The notes below the pieces were generated by a model, which saw only the letters and a list, made by a program, of their open reading frames with translations, was not told the DNA's origin and ran no database searches. A stretch of DNA of 32,000 nt from an uncultured Nitrosopumilaceae archaeon (GTDB taxonomy: Archaea; Thermoproteota; Nitrososphaeria; Nitrososphaerales; Nitrosopumilaceae). The translations under genes and the position numbers were made by a program. The stretch spans positions 60,958 to 92,957 of the forward strand of contig CAYYXT010000004.1 of the NCBI GenBank assembly GCA_964475825.1, given 5' to 3'. Shown here in pieces: positions 1 through 8,901 of this stretch. Positions within the stretch are counted from its first letter, which is position 1, and each line of letters begins with the position of its first letter.

Positions 1-523
1 CAGTAGGGCCAACACCAAAAATTGCAACCGAATCTCCTTCTTGGTAAGAGTATTTTGTCCATGCTCTAACGCAACATGCTAATGGTTCAATCATTGCAGC
101 TTCTTCAAAACTCATAGAATCAGGAATCTTGAGCACACCTCCATGATCTACATTCCATTTTGGTACAACATATTCTTCAGATAGACCACATGGAGAAAGA
201 TTTGTTTCATAATATTTCGAGCACATTGTTTCATTACCATGTTTACACAAGTTGCAAGAATAACATGGAACGTGATGATGAGTAAATACCCTATCACCTT
301 TTTTGAAGGCAGTTACATCAGAGCTAACATCAATAATTACTCCGGCAGGTTCATGACCTAACCGCATCGAAGGCTGTCCATATTCTCCAAATACTTTTTC
401 CAAATCAGACCCACAGATGCCACATGCATGCATTTGTACCAAAATATCTCCAGAACTCAATATTGGATTTTCTATTTCGTTAATTGAGATAACAGATGGT
501 TCTTTGACAGACACGGTCTTCAT
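1..523 (-). CDS. Zn-dependent alcohol/threonine dehydrogenase-like protein (MDR superfamily); N-terminal 174 codons only, the C-terminal coding part lies beyond the window start
   Basis: Manual minus-strand translation from ATG (cat at 521-523): MKTVSVKEPSV...VQMHACGICGSDL...LGHEPAG...CYSCNLCKHGNETMC...FGVGPT. It has the catalytic-Zn Cys/His ligands and the structural-Zn four-Cys loop typical of MDR Zn-ADHs. Absent from the ORF track because it runs off the edge. Confidence 0.85.
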   Translation of the reverse strand, partial: MKTVSVKEPSVISINEIENPILSSGDILVQMHACGICGSDLEKVFGEYGQPSMRLGHEPAGVIIDVSSDVTAFKKGDRVFTHHHVPCYSCNLCKHGNETMCSKYYETNLSPCGLSEEYVVPKWNVDHGGVLKIPDSMSFEEAAMIEPLACCVRAWTKYSYQEGDSVAIFGVGPT

Positions 524-560
524 AGCAAAATTTTAGAAGATTGAATATAAGTAGATTAAA

Positions 561-854
561 TCATACACCAAGGATCTTTTTGAGCATCAATCTATAATCA
601 ACCTCAGATTTTTCACTTCCCGCTGAAGGTAATGCAAAAACCAGAGTGGATTTTGCTGCTCGAAGTGCAGTTAGTTCATCACTAATAGATTCAGTCATAT
701 CATCACTTACTAAAACCAATCCAACGTCAGAATCATCAGTTAGTTTCTTAATTTCATCTAATGTTTTTTTAGGCGTATCTGAGATTATTCCATGCACTCC
801 TGCTAATTGGAAGCTTGTAACAAAGGATTTGCTTCCTACGGTGAATATTTTCAC
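561..854 (-). CDS. atpF: A/V-type ATP synthase subunit F
   Basis: 97 aa. MKIFTVGSKSFVTSFQLAGV...DVGLVLVSDDMTESISDEL matches the size and the N-terminal 'MKIavvGd.d.v.GF.LAGv' / 'iGiilit' pattern of archaeal AtpF. No other ATPase subunit genes are adjacent. Confidence 0.7.
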   Translation of the reverse strand: MKIFTVGSKSFVTSFQLAGVHGIISDTPKKTLDEIKKLTDDSDVGLVLVSDDMTESISDELTALRAAKSTLVFALPSAGSEKSEVDYRLMLKKILGV

Positions 855-944
855 AGATCAAAATTTTGTTTATTCTAATTTAAACCCTTTTTGGCAGGTA
901 TTAGATCAGGAAAGATTGATTTAGTTTAAGACACCAAACAAATC

Positions 945-1244
945 ATGATAAAAATTGACAGTCAAAAAAATGTCTATCTATTCACGCATGGAAGAATGGA
1001 TCTGCAAGAAAAGGCAGTAAGTGCCCTAGTCTCAAAAGGATTCTCAAAGGAGAAAATCGTCATGGCAATGCCAAACAAAGTTGGAAATGTGGGCGATTAC
1101 ATGGCAATGCTTTGGATGCCACCTACCCCAGATCACATAAAAATTCAGCATATAACCAAAGTTGAAGAAGTGAAACCAGAGGGAGTGATTGGACTTTGGA
1201 AAGGCGTTTCAAAAGATGACATTGAAACTATTCCATTAGGATAG
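945..1244 (+). CDS. hypothetical protein (99 aa)
   Basis: Clean ORF filling an intergenic gap, with no recognisable motif. Confidence 0.5.
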   Translation: MIKIDSQKNVYLFTHGRMDLQEKAVSALVSKGFSKEKIVMAMPNKVGNVGDYMAMLWMPPTPDHIKIQHITKVEEVKPEGVIGLWKGVSKDDIETIPLG

Positions 1245-1246
1245 AA

Positions 1247-1498
1247 TTAACTGAATCCAGCGCCAAACTCATCACCCTTTTGAAGAGGGTCACCAGAATC
1301 TAAATTTTTTAATTTTAAATAAAGCAATGATTCATAGATTAACTTTGTTGTGTCCTCATCATTTAGATTTGAATTAATTTTTACTTGATCTTGGTATTTT
1401 TGTAGTTTCTGTGTATTTTGTTCATCAACAGACAATCCATCTTTTTCCATCATTGTTGCAATTTTTTCAATTAGGGAATTGTATTGATTTTCATCCAC
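1247..1498 (-). CDS. hypothetical protein (83 aa, acidic/helical)
   Basis: ORF track only, no recognisable motif. It fits the gap between neighbouring genes. Confidence 0.4.
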   Translation of the reverse strand: MDENQYNSLIEKIATMMEKDGLSVDEQNTQKLQKYQDQVKINSNLNDEDTTKLIYESLLYLKLKNLDSGDPLQKGDEFGAGFS

Positions 1499-1547
1499 AA
1501 TAATTTTGTATTATTTCTAGTTATTAACAAGTTCTAATAATAGAATT

Positions 1548-1850
1548 TTATAAATCAAAAATTAATCCTGCAAGAAAATCACCATACTCTTCATCAGAAA
1601 ATCTAATTGTTTCTATTTTATTTTCTTTTTTTGCCAAATATGCAGATTCTAAATGATAGCAGATTGTTTTTCCATTTAATCTACCAAAATAATATCCAGG
1701 ACAAGAACAATATTCAGCATCAGGATCTAACCAGTGCTCTTTACCTTTTCCAACTACAGTCCAAATTTTTCTTTGACTGGGTTCAAAAAGATGTAATTTA
1801 ACGCGTTTTTCAGAAACTACAGATTCGATTCTTTCAGAATCTTTGTTCAC
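1548..1850 (-). CDS. SWIM-type zinc-finger protein
   Basis: 100 aa. The segment YCSCPGYYFGRLNGKTICYHL gives the CxC-x(n)-CxH SWIM signature. Confidence 0.7.
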   Translation of the reverse strand: MNKDSERIESVVSEKRVKLHLFEPSQRKIWTVVGKGKEHWLDPDAEYCSCPGYYFGRLNGKTICYHLESAYLAKKENKIETIRFSDEEYGDFLAGLIFDL

Positions 1851-1881
1851 AAGAATTTAATCCAATGTCTATTGTATATCT

Positions 1882-2634
1882 TTGATGCTCAAAACAAGAA
1901 TAATTTCATCAAAACCAATAATGGTCTTAGAGGGAGAAAAAAAGAGCCTCATAGTTACAGACATCCATATCGGATTTGAAAGTACACTTGCATCAAATGA
2001 GATCTTTATTGGAAAAAATTCGTCAATTAATGAAACAATAGAAGAATTATCAAGTGTTATTGATTCAGAAAAACCAGACTCACTCATTTTATTAGGAGAC
2101 ATAAAATCTAGCATCAAAAACATCTCAAAAAGTGAATGGGATGAAGTTCCATTATTTTTTAATAGAATTAAACAAAAATGCGATATAATATTAATTCCTG
2201 GAAATCATGATGCAAACATACAGAGACTAGTTCCAGAAAATATCTCAATGATTAGTTCAATTGGAATGGTGGAAGAAAATATCTTGCTTACACATGGACA
2301 TACGATGCCTTCAGAAAATTTTTCCCATGTAGATAAAATCATCATGGGTCATGTACATCCTGTATTTTTTCAAGAAGATTCAGTACTAAATGGACAAAGA
2401 GTATGGATTTCAATAAAGACAGAAAAACAAAATATTTTCCCAAATAAATCAGGAGATATTGAAATAACGATTATGCCATCATTTAATAGGTATTTTTATG
2501 CAACACACAAAAAAAAATATAAAAAATCAATTTCCCCAATAATAGAAAAAATCAAACAAGTATCATCTGCCAGAATAATTACATTAGATGGGACAATTAT
2601 TGGGGATGAATCAATAATTGATCAAGTGTTATAG
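1882..2634 (+). CDS. metallophosphoesterase, SbcD/Mre11-related archaeal type (calcineurin-like)
   Basis: Ordered phosphoesterase motifs: DIHIG, LLGDIK, GNHD, THGH, GHVHP. Confidence 0.85.
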   Translation: MMLKTRIISSKPIMVLEGEKKSLIVTDIHIGFESTLASNEIFIGKNSSINETIEELSSVIDSEKPDSLILLGDIKSSIKNISKSEWDEVPLFFNRIKQKCDIILIPGNHDANIQRLVPENISMISSIGMVEENILLTHGHTMPSENFSHVDKIIMGHVHPVFFQEDSVLNGQRVWISIKTEKQNIFPNKSGDIEITIMPSFNRYFYATHKKKYKKSISPIIEKIKQVSSARIITLDGTIIGDESIIDQVL

Positions 2635-2715
2635 TAGAATTCAAATCATTGATAATTTTTGTAACAAATGTTTATGTTTTTTAAAAATGGTACTTAGGAT
2701 TACAGTGAGGAGGCA

Positions 2716-5700
2716 TTATTCTATTTTATCATAGGGGTCAATAGGGTCTTTTGTTGTTTTATTGTCTTTGAGCCATTCCAGAGTTTTTACAAAAGAATCG
2801 GCTAGTTCAATAGTTGTAAGAACAGGAATTCCCAATTCAATAGATTTTCTTCTAATTTGATATTCATCATCAAGCATTCCAACATATTTTTCAAGTGTTG
2901 ATGTACTGGGAATATTTATGATAAAGTCTATCTTTCGTTCATAAAGCAAATCTGCAATGTTAGGTTTTCTTGTAGGTTCTGAAATTTTGTGAACTACTTC
3001 AATATCACCAATCTTTTCTTCAAAAAATTCTGCAGTATGCTCAGTTGCAACGATCTTAAATCCAAGACTTTTTAATCGTGCGATTGGTTGCAATAACTTT
3101 TCTTTATTTTGAGATCCACCAACTGTAACAAGTGCTGTGCCTGTCTTTGGGAGAGTATATCCTGCAGAAGTAAGCCCTTTAGCTAATGCATCGTAAAAGC
3201 TTGTGCCAAAGCAGGCAACTTCGCCAGTAGATTGCATTTCCACTCCTAGTCTAATATCTGCCCCCTCGAGTTGCATAAATGAGAATTGAGGTACCTTGAT
3301 TCCAAAATTGTGAATTTTTTGCCATTTGTTTTCAGGCAATTTAGGCAGAGGCTTGCCCAAGATTGCCTTTGCTGCTAGTGAGATGAGATTTATCTTAACA
3401 AGTTTTGATACAAAAGGCATCGAACGAGATGCTCTAATGTTTAATTCAATTACATAGACATGATCATCATGGATTAGAAATTGTAGATTAAACGGTCCTT
3501 TGACATTAAACGTTTTTGCAATCTTTGTAGAGTATTCAGTGATAGTTTCAATAGTTTTGTTGTTTAGTCGCCATGGCGGAATGCACATCATAGCATCGCC
3601 TGAGTGAACACCTGCGCTTTCAATGTGTTCAACTATGGCTCCAATTATAACATCAGTTCCATTACTAACTCCATCAACGTCAACTTCTAGTGAATTTAGC
3701 ATGAATTTTGAGATAACAACCGGGTGATCAGGAGATACATCAGTTGCTTCTTTAACATATTTTTTTAATTCATCTTGAGACCATACAACTTTCATTGCAG
3801 CACCAGATAACACATATGAAGGTCTAACAATTACTGGAAAACCTACATCTTGTGCAAAACTTTTTGCCTCAGCAATATTTGAAAATGCTTGCCATCGCGG
3901 CTGTTGAATATGCAATTTATCTAATTCAGCACTGAATTTGGAACGGTCTTCTGCTCTATCAACATCATCTGCAGCAGTACCAATTATGTTAATACCATTT
4001 TTTGCAAGACCTAATGTCAAATTATTTGCGGTTTGACCTCCAACACAAGTAACTATACCTTTTGGATTTTCAAATTCTGCAATATCCAAAATTCTTTCTA
4101 AAGTTAATTCTTCAAAGTACAATCGGCTACAAATATCATAATCAGTTGAAACAGTTTCAGGATTACAGTTTACAACTGAAACATTTTTTTCACCATTTTC
4201 TTGCAAGCCCCAAACCATGTTTACAGTACCCCAATCAAATTCCACACTGCTACCAATACGATAAGGGCCTGCACCAAGTACAATGACTCCCCTTTCATCA
4301 GGTGTAATTTCAATATCATTTTGATTACCGCCATATGTTAGATAGAGGTAGTTGGTAACTGCCGGCCATTCAGCTGCTAAAGTATCAATTTGCTTTACAG
4401 AAGGCAAAACTCCTGCTTTTTTACGTATTTCACGTATTTCTTCAGCAGATTTGTCTTTTGCACGCGCGATTTGCTTATCAGAGAATCCCATCTTTTTTGA
4501 TTCCCAAAGTAGAGGAGTGGTAAGTTGTTCTTGTTTTAATTTGGATTCAATATCCACAATATTTTTGATCTTTTCAATAAACCAAGGATCAATTGCAGAA
4601 AGTCTATAGATTTTCTCAACTGAGATTCCCATCTTAAGAGCAGCCGCCACATAATACAAAATCAAATCATCAGGGTGAGAAAGATGGTCTTCTATTTGCT
4701 CTTCGTCATATGATTTCATATTTACTCGGTTTAGAACAAGACCGTCATTTCCAATATCAAGCATCCGTATTGATTTTTGTAATGATTCCTCAAAGCTTCT
4801 TCCAACTGCCATAACTTCACCAACTGATTTCATGGTAGGACCAAGTTTTCGTTTTACAAGATCAAATTTTGCAAAATCCCATCTAGGATGCTTGCATACA
4901 ATGTAATCCAAAGAAGGTTCAAAACAAGCAGTGGTAGTTTTTGTAATTCTGTTTTCTAGTTCTGGTAATGTATACCCCAATCCAATTTTCGCAGACATGT
5001 ATGCAAGTGGGTAACCTGTTGCTTTGCTTGCAAGTGCAGAAGATCGTGATAACCTAGGATTGATTTCGATTGCAACGTATCTATCAGAATCAGGATCTAA
5101 TCCATATTGTATATTACATTCGCCTACGATTCCAACATGTTTTGTTGCACGCAAAGCAGCAGAGCGAAGCATATGGTATTCATGATTATCAATTGTTTGA
5201 GAAGGTGCAACAACAATGTTATCACCAGTATGAACTCTCATTGAAAGAACATTTTCCATATTACAAACAATCACACTGTTTCCAGCATAATCTTGCATTA
5301 CTTCATATTCTATTTGCTTCCAATGTCCAATGTATTCTTCAATTAGGACTTGACCCACAAGACTTGCCCTTAGTCCTCGTTCAACAATTTCATGTAATTC
5401 AATTTCATTGTAAGCAACTCCACCGCCCTTACCGCCAAGTGTATACGCTACTCGAATAATTACAGGATATCCTAATTCTTGAGCAATTTCTTTTGCGTCT
5501 GTAAAATTTGTAACGGTTCCACTTTTTAGAATTGGGATATTGCATTGATTCATAGAATCTTTGAAGAGTTGGCGGTCCTCAGTTCTTTGAATTCCCTTAA
5601 TTTGTGTGCCTAAAACATGCACCCCGTACTTTTCAAGTATACCTGCCTGTGCAAGATTAACACCACAGTTCAAAGCAGTCTGACCTCCATATGCCAGCAT

Positions 5701-5769
5701 TATCCCATCAGGTCTTTCCTTTTCGATAATAGATTCTACATACTCAACATTCACAGGTAACAGATACAC
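2716..5769 (-). CDS. carB: carbamoyl-phosphate synthase large subunit, main ORF. The full gene appears to span 2716..5979 but is interrupted by an in-frame TAA at 5896-5898.
   Basis: 1017-aa ORF with two ATP-grasp halves and a C-terminal MGS-like domain (typical CarB sequence throughout). The ORF-track start is an internal GTG (Val). The conserved N-terminus continues upstream in the same frame. Confidence 0.95.
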   Translation of the reverse strand: MYLLPVNVEYVESIIEKERPDGIMLAYGGQTALNCGVNLAQAGILEKYGVHVLGTQIKGIQRTEDRQLFKDSMNQCNIPILKSGTVTNFTDAKEIAQELGYPVIIRVAYTLGGKGGGVAYNEIELHEIVERGLRASLVGQVLIEEYIGHWKQIEYEVMQDYAGNSVIVCNMENVLSMRVHTGDNIVVAPSQTIDNHEYHMLRSAALRATKHVGIVGECNIQYGLDPDSDRYVAIEINPRLSRSSALASKATGYPLAYMSAKIGLGYTLPELENRITKTTTACFEPSLDYIVCKHPRWDFAKFDLVKRKLGPTMKSVGEVMAVGRSFEESLQKSIRMLDIGNDGLVLNRVNMKSYDEEQIEDHLSHPDDLILYYVAAALKMGISVEKIYRLSAIDPWFIEKIKNIVDIESKLKQEQLTTPLLWESKKMGFSDKQIARAKDKSAEEIREIRKKAGVLPSVKQIDTLAAEWPAVTNYLYLTYGGNQNDIEITPDERGVIVLGAGPYRIGSSVEFDWGTVNMVWGLQENGEKNVSVVNCNPETVSTDYDICSRLYFEELTLERILDIAEFENPKGIVTCVGGQTANNLTLGLAKNGINIIGTAADDVDRAEDRSKFSAELDKLHIQQPRWQAFSNIAEAKSFAQDVGFPVIVRPSYVLSGAAMKVVWSQDELKKYVKEATDVSPDHPVVISKFMLNSLEVDVDGVSNGTDVIIGAIVEHIESAGVHSGDAMMCIPPWRLNNKTIETITEYSTKIAKTFNVKGPFNLQFLIHDDHVYVIELNIRASRSMPFVSKLVKINLISLAAKAILGKPLPKLPENKWQKIHNFGIKVPQFSFMQLEGADIRLGVEMQSTGEVACFGTSFYDALAKGLTSAGYTLPKTGTALVTVGGSQNKEKLLQPIARLKSLGFKIVATEHTAEFFEEKIGDIEVVHKISEPTRKPNIADLLYERKIDFIINIPSTSTLEKYVGMLDDEYQIRRKSIELGIPVLTTIELADSFVKTLEWLKDNKTTKDPIDPYDKIE

Positions 5770-5883
5770 TTTATTTGCAAATCTAGTATCTGTCTGAATT
5801 GTTGCAATGTTTGGATTGATTAAGATACTTTTCAGTCCATCTTCGTGTATTGCTTTGAGGCATTGGCTTCCGGAGTAGTCAAA

Positions 5884-5904
5884 TTGACGGTCGTTTTAGC
5901 GACT
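5884..5904 (-). other. 21-bp in-frame insertion (minus strand AGTCGCTAAAACGACCGTCAA = S R * N D R Q) inside carB
   Basis: Removing these 21 nt restores the contiguous conserved motif GEAGE-FDYSGSQ. The insert is visibly more GC-rich than its flanks. Its junctions are ambiguous by 2 nt (AA). Confidence 0.7.
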
Positions 5905-5979
5905 TTCGCCGGCTTCTCCGATTTTTATTGCCCCACTACCAAGTACAAGAATTTTTTTTATCGACTCATTCTTCGGCAG
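5905..5979 (-). other. carB: carB 5' segment (25 codons, LPKNESIKKILVLGSGAIKIGEAGE), cut off from the main ORF by the 21-bp insertion
   Basis: Manual translation. It aligns residue for residue with E. coli CarB [25 protein letters not shown]. The codon aligned with Met1 is CTG (5977-5979). Overlaps the carA stop by 14 nt. Confidence 0.75.
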
Positions 5980-7048
5980 ATTTACCTTCCTCCATAAGGT
6001 GTTTGAGTTCTTCAAAGACGAATTTACAATCATTAGGTCCTGGTGCAGCTTCGGGGTGAAACTGAACAGCAATACAATTTTGTTTTTTGTGTTTTATTCC
6101 TTCGACTGTTTTATCGTCTGCGTTTGTAAACCATAAATTAAATTCAGATGCATTCAAAGATTCAGGAGTTATTCCATAACCGTGATTCTGACTTGTAACA
6201 TAAACTTGATTATTCTCTAAATTAACACAGGGTTTGTTTTGTCCTCGATGACCATATTTTAATTTGTAAGTTTGAGTGTTTCCGGCAAGACCAATGATTT
6301 GTGCACCTAAACAAATTCCAAGTGTTGGAATATTTTTTTCAATTAGTTTTCTTGCAGTTTCAATAGTATCTTGACATTTTTGAGGATCACCTGGACCATT
6401 GCTAATTACAACACCTTTTGGATGATATGACATAATTTTTTCAAAAGATGTATTCCAAGGTAATTTTATTACTTTGTACCCAAGATCACGAATATTTCTC
6501 AGTATTGCATTCTTTGTACCAGTATCAATTACAACAACAGATTTTTCTTCAGACCCATACACCACTGCTTGTTTGGTAGATACTGTATCCATGAATTGTT
6601 CAGAATTGTAATTAGGTGCGGATGCAAGTTGTTTTTTTACTTCATCTACATTAATTTCAGTGTCAGATACTACTAAAGCAGCCATCATCACTCCTCCGGT
6701 ACGAAGATTTTTCGTTAGCGCTCTTGTATCAATTCCAGAAATTCCAGGGATTTTTTCATTATATAACCACTCATCAAGAGTCATCGATAGATTCCAATGG
6801 CTGGCAGTTAAAGAGAGTTCATGAACAACTAACCCCCTTAGTTGAATTTTATTAGATTCAAAGAACTTTGGGATTCCATCTTGATCTTTAATTGACGGAT
6901 CTGGTACACCATAGTTTCCTACAAGAGGATATGTAAGTGTAAGAATTTGTCCACTATACGATGGATCAGTTAGGGTCTCAGTATACCCCACCATTCCTGT
7001 ATTAAAGACGATTTCACCAAAAACAGTTGTAGAATAACCAAAACCCAT
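5966..7048 (-). CDS. carA: carbamoyl-phosphate synthase small (glutamine amidotransferase) subunit
   Basis: 360-aa ORF: GEIVFNTGMVGYTETLTDPSYSGQI, the GATase triad region GICLGAQ, and HGHRG..N and QFHPE motifs. The conserved N-terminal strand (KLILDDGTVLDG) is encoded in frame upstream of the first ATG (7049-7084), so the true start is probably upstream. Confidence 0.95.
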   Translation of the reverse strand: MGFGYSTTVFGEIVFNTGMVGYTETLTDPSYSGQILTLTYPLVGNYGVPDPSIKDQDGIPKFFESNKIQLRGLVVHELSLTASHWNLSMTLDEWLYNEKIPGISGIDTRALTKNLRTGGVMMAALVVSDTEINVDEVKKQLASAPNYNSEQFMDTVSTKQAVVYGSEEKSVVVIDTGTKNAILRNIRDLGYKVIKLPWNTSFEKIMSYHPKGVVISNGPGDPQKCQDTIETARKLIEKNIPTLGICLGAQIIGLAGNTQTYKLKYGHRGQNKPCVNLENNQVYVTSQNHGYGITPESLNASEFNLWFTNADDKTVEGIKHKKQNCIAVQFHPEAAPGPNDCKFVFEELKHLMEEGKSAEE

Positions 7049-7200
7049 CCCGTCAAGGACAGTACCATCATCAAGAATCAGCTTCCCAAACTTGTTTGCG
7101 TGGATTGATTTCTTTGTAGTAATTGTGACCCTCGACGAGTACTTTTGATTATAGATTTAAGTTTTTTGAAAGTTGATCGCAAAATGAAATTAAAAATTTC

Positions 7201-8394
7201 TCAAAGTGCTCGGAATTCTTCACTCCACTTGTGATATGCACGGATCATTTCAAGTGAAACGCTTGGTTTTCTTCTTACCATAATTTCCTTAAAGTCAGCT
7301 GTGGTGAGTTCACGTGGTTGTATTGGTGCTTCACCAGCTACTGGTTCATGATAATCAGGGGCATTGAAGATTTCATGAACTGCCTTAATTTGTGCTGCTT
7401 GGCAAACGTCTTTGATATCACTTGCACTGTAACCATCAAATAATTTTGCAAGTTCTATTATGTTAACTCTAAGGTCTTTTTTTAATGGAGCAGTGTATTG
7501 TTCAAATAATTTTTCTCTTGCTTCTTGAGTTGGAAGTGAAACATAAATTCTTTTTTGGAATCTTCTAAGAAAAGGCCAATCGAGACTCCATGGCTTGTTA
7601 GTAGCACCAATAACATAAAGCATCAAATCTTTACCTTTACCATTAACACCATCCATTTCTGTCAAGAATTGATTTTTTGTTCTTACCTCTCCTCCAACTT
7701 CACTACTTCTAGATCCTAAAAGAGAATCAACTTCATCGACAAAAAGAATAACAGGTTTTCCTTCTTTTTCAGCATATTTTCTTGCCATAGCAAATAATTT
7801 TGAAACATTTTTTTCAGCCTCACCTAACCATTTACTCATCATGGATGCAGCGTCTACATTAATGAAATATCCATCCATTTCATTTGCAGTTGCAGCCGCC
7901 AACATGGTTTTTCCAGTTCCCGGTGGACCGTAAAGCAGCATTCCTTTTGGCCAGCCCAAAGGAAACAGATCAGGTCTTTTTGTAGGATAAACTATTGATT
8001 CACGTAATGCGTTCTTTGCGTCATCTAACCCAATTACTTCACTCCAACTAACATTGGGTTTTTCTTTCATTACAAGATCTTCAAAATCATTTTCATCAGT
8101 TTGTCTTTGCACAGAAGCTTGTTGTTCTTTAGGAGAAGCCTTTGGATCCACCGCAGGCTCCACTCCACGTGATTCTTGAAGTGCTGTTATTCGGTTATGA
8201 TAAGAATTACATCGGTCTTTGTAAATAGGATTAAGTTTGCTTGTTGGATAAAGTTGTAATAGTTTTACAAGTGAATCAATTGCGCGCTGATAATGTGTAA
8301 TGGCCATACCTCGTGCTCCTTGAGAGTCAAACTTGATTGCTTCTGAAGCATACTTGCTTGCATTGTTTTCTAATTCTTGCGGGGCTAAACTCAT
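7201..8394 (-). CDS. cdvC: CdvC / Vps4-like AAA+ ATPase (MIT domain + AAA domain), archaeal ESCRT cell-division ATPase
   Basis: N-terminal MIT-like three-helix region (ASEAIKFDSQGARGMAITHYQRAIDSLVKLLQLYP...YHNRITALQ), Walker A GPPGTGKT, Walker B ILFVDEVD, and second region of homology. At 397 aa it has Vps4 architecture. Confidence 0.9.
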   Translation of the reverse strand: MSLAPQELENNASKYASEAIKFDSQGARGMAITHYQRAIDSLVKLLQLYPTSKLNPIYKDRCNSYHNRITALQESRGVEPAVDPKASPKEQQASVQRQTDENDFEDLVMKEKPNVSWSEVIGLDDAKNALRESIVYPTKRPDLFPLGWPKGMLLYGPPGTGKTMLAAATANEMDGYFINVDAASMMSKWLGEAEKNVSKLFAMARKYAEKEGKPVILFVDEVDSLLGSRSSEVGGEVRTKNQFLTEMDGVNGKGKDLMLYVIGATNKPWSLDWPFLRRFQKRIYVSLPTQEAREKLFEQYTAPLKKDLRVNIIELAKLFDGYSASDIKDVCQAAQIKAVHEIFNAPDYHEPVAGEAPIQPRELTTADFKEIMVRRKPSVSLEMIRAYHKWSEEFRAL

Positions 8395-8901
8395 CTATAT
8401 CACTTGTACAGTACTCCCTCGAGAATTTTGTTGGTATTCAGAGGTGTTAATCGCCGTAGTAAAATTGGTTAAATTAAGTGAACCAGTTTTAGGTCCATCA
8501 TCAGCGAATTCATCTAGATATGATTTTTCAAGGTCAGATTTTTCTGAAATTTTGGAGTGCATGTTCTTGACTTTATTAATAGAATCCTCAGCGGATAAAA
8601 TTAATTCAGAAATTTCATCGTCAACGCATTCTATTGATTGAGCGGATTCGGTGATAATTGAAACAAAATGCTGTAAAATTAAACGTGTCTCTTTTTTATC
8701 CTCATATTTGGAGAGCATGAAATTAGTCAATCCCACAATTTTATTTATGTCCTGCAATTCCTCCAGGGTTAATTTATCAATTTTAATATCTGGGACGTTA
8801 GAGGCAGATAATTTTTTTTCAATTTTTGCAGATAGAGATTGGATGTGGTCTATATCTTTTGTAAAATCACGTTTGGAGCTAAGAAAATTCAAGTATTGCA
8901 T
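8395..8901 (-). CDS. hypothetical helical/coiled-coil protein (168 aa), translationally coupled to cdvC
   Basis: Its stop codon directly abuts the cdvC ATG (8394/8395). Heptad-like helical N-terminal two-thirds and a Ser/Thr/Asn/Gln-rich, probably disordered tail. No family recognised. Confidence 0.6.
   Translation of the reverse strand: MQYLNFLSSKRDFTKDIDHIQSLSAKIEKKLSASNVPDIKIDKLTLEELQDINKIVGLTNFMLSKYEDKKETRLILQHFVSIITESAQSIECVDDEISELILSAEDSINKVKNMHSKISEKSDLEKSYLDEFADDGPKTGSLNLTNFTTAINTSEYQQNSRGSTVQVI

Noticed and set aside
646-924. 92-aa plus-strand ORF overlapping atpF
   Set aside because: It is antisense to a recognisable AtpF gene and has Ser-rich shadow-frame composition.
4062-5459. 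Plus-strand ORFs 4062-4286, 4352-4609 and 5070-5459 (74-129 aa)
   Set aside because: They lie entirely antisense within carB. Their translations are low-complexity and Gln/His/Leu-rich, as expected of shadow frames of an AT-rich gene.
5871-5916. Locally GC-rich patch, considered as a possible tRNA or structured ncRNA
   Set aside because: Apart from the 21-bp insert, it encodes the conserved CarB GEAGEFDYSG motif. No cloverleaf can be drawn.
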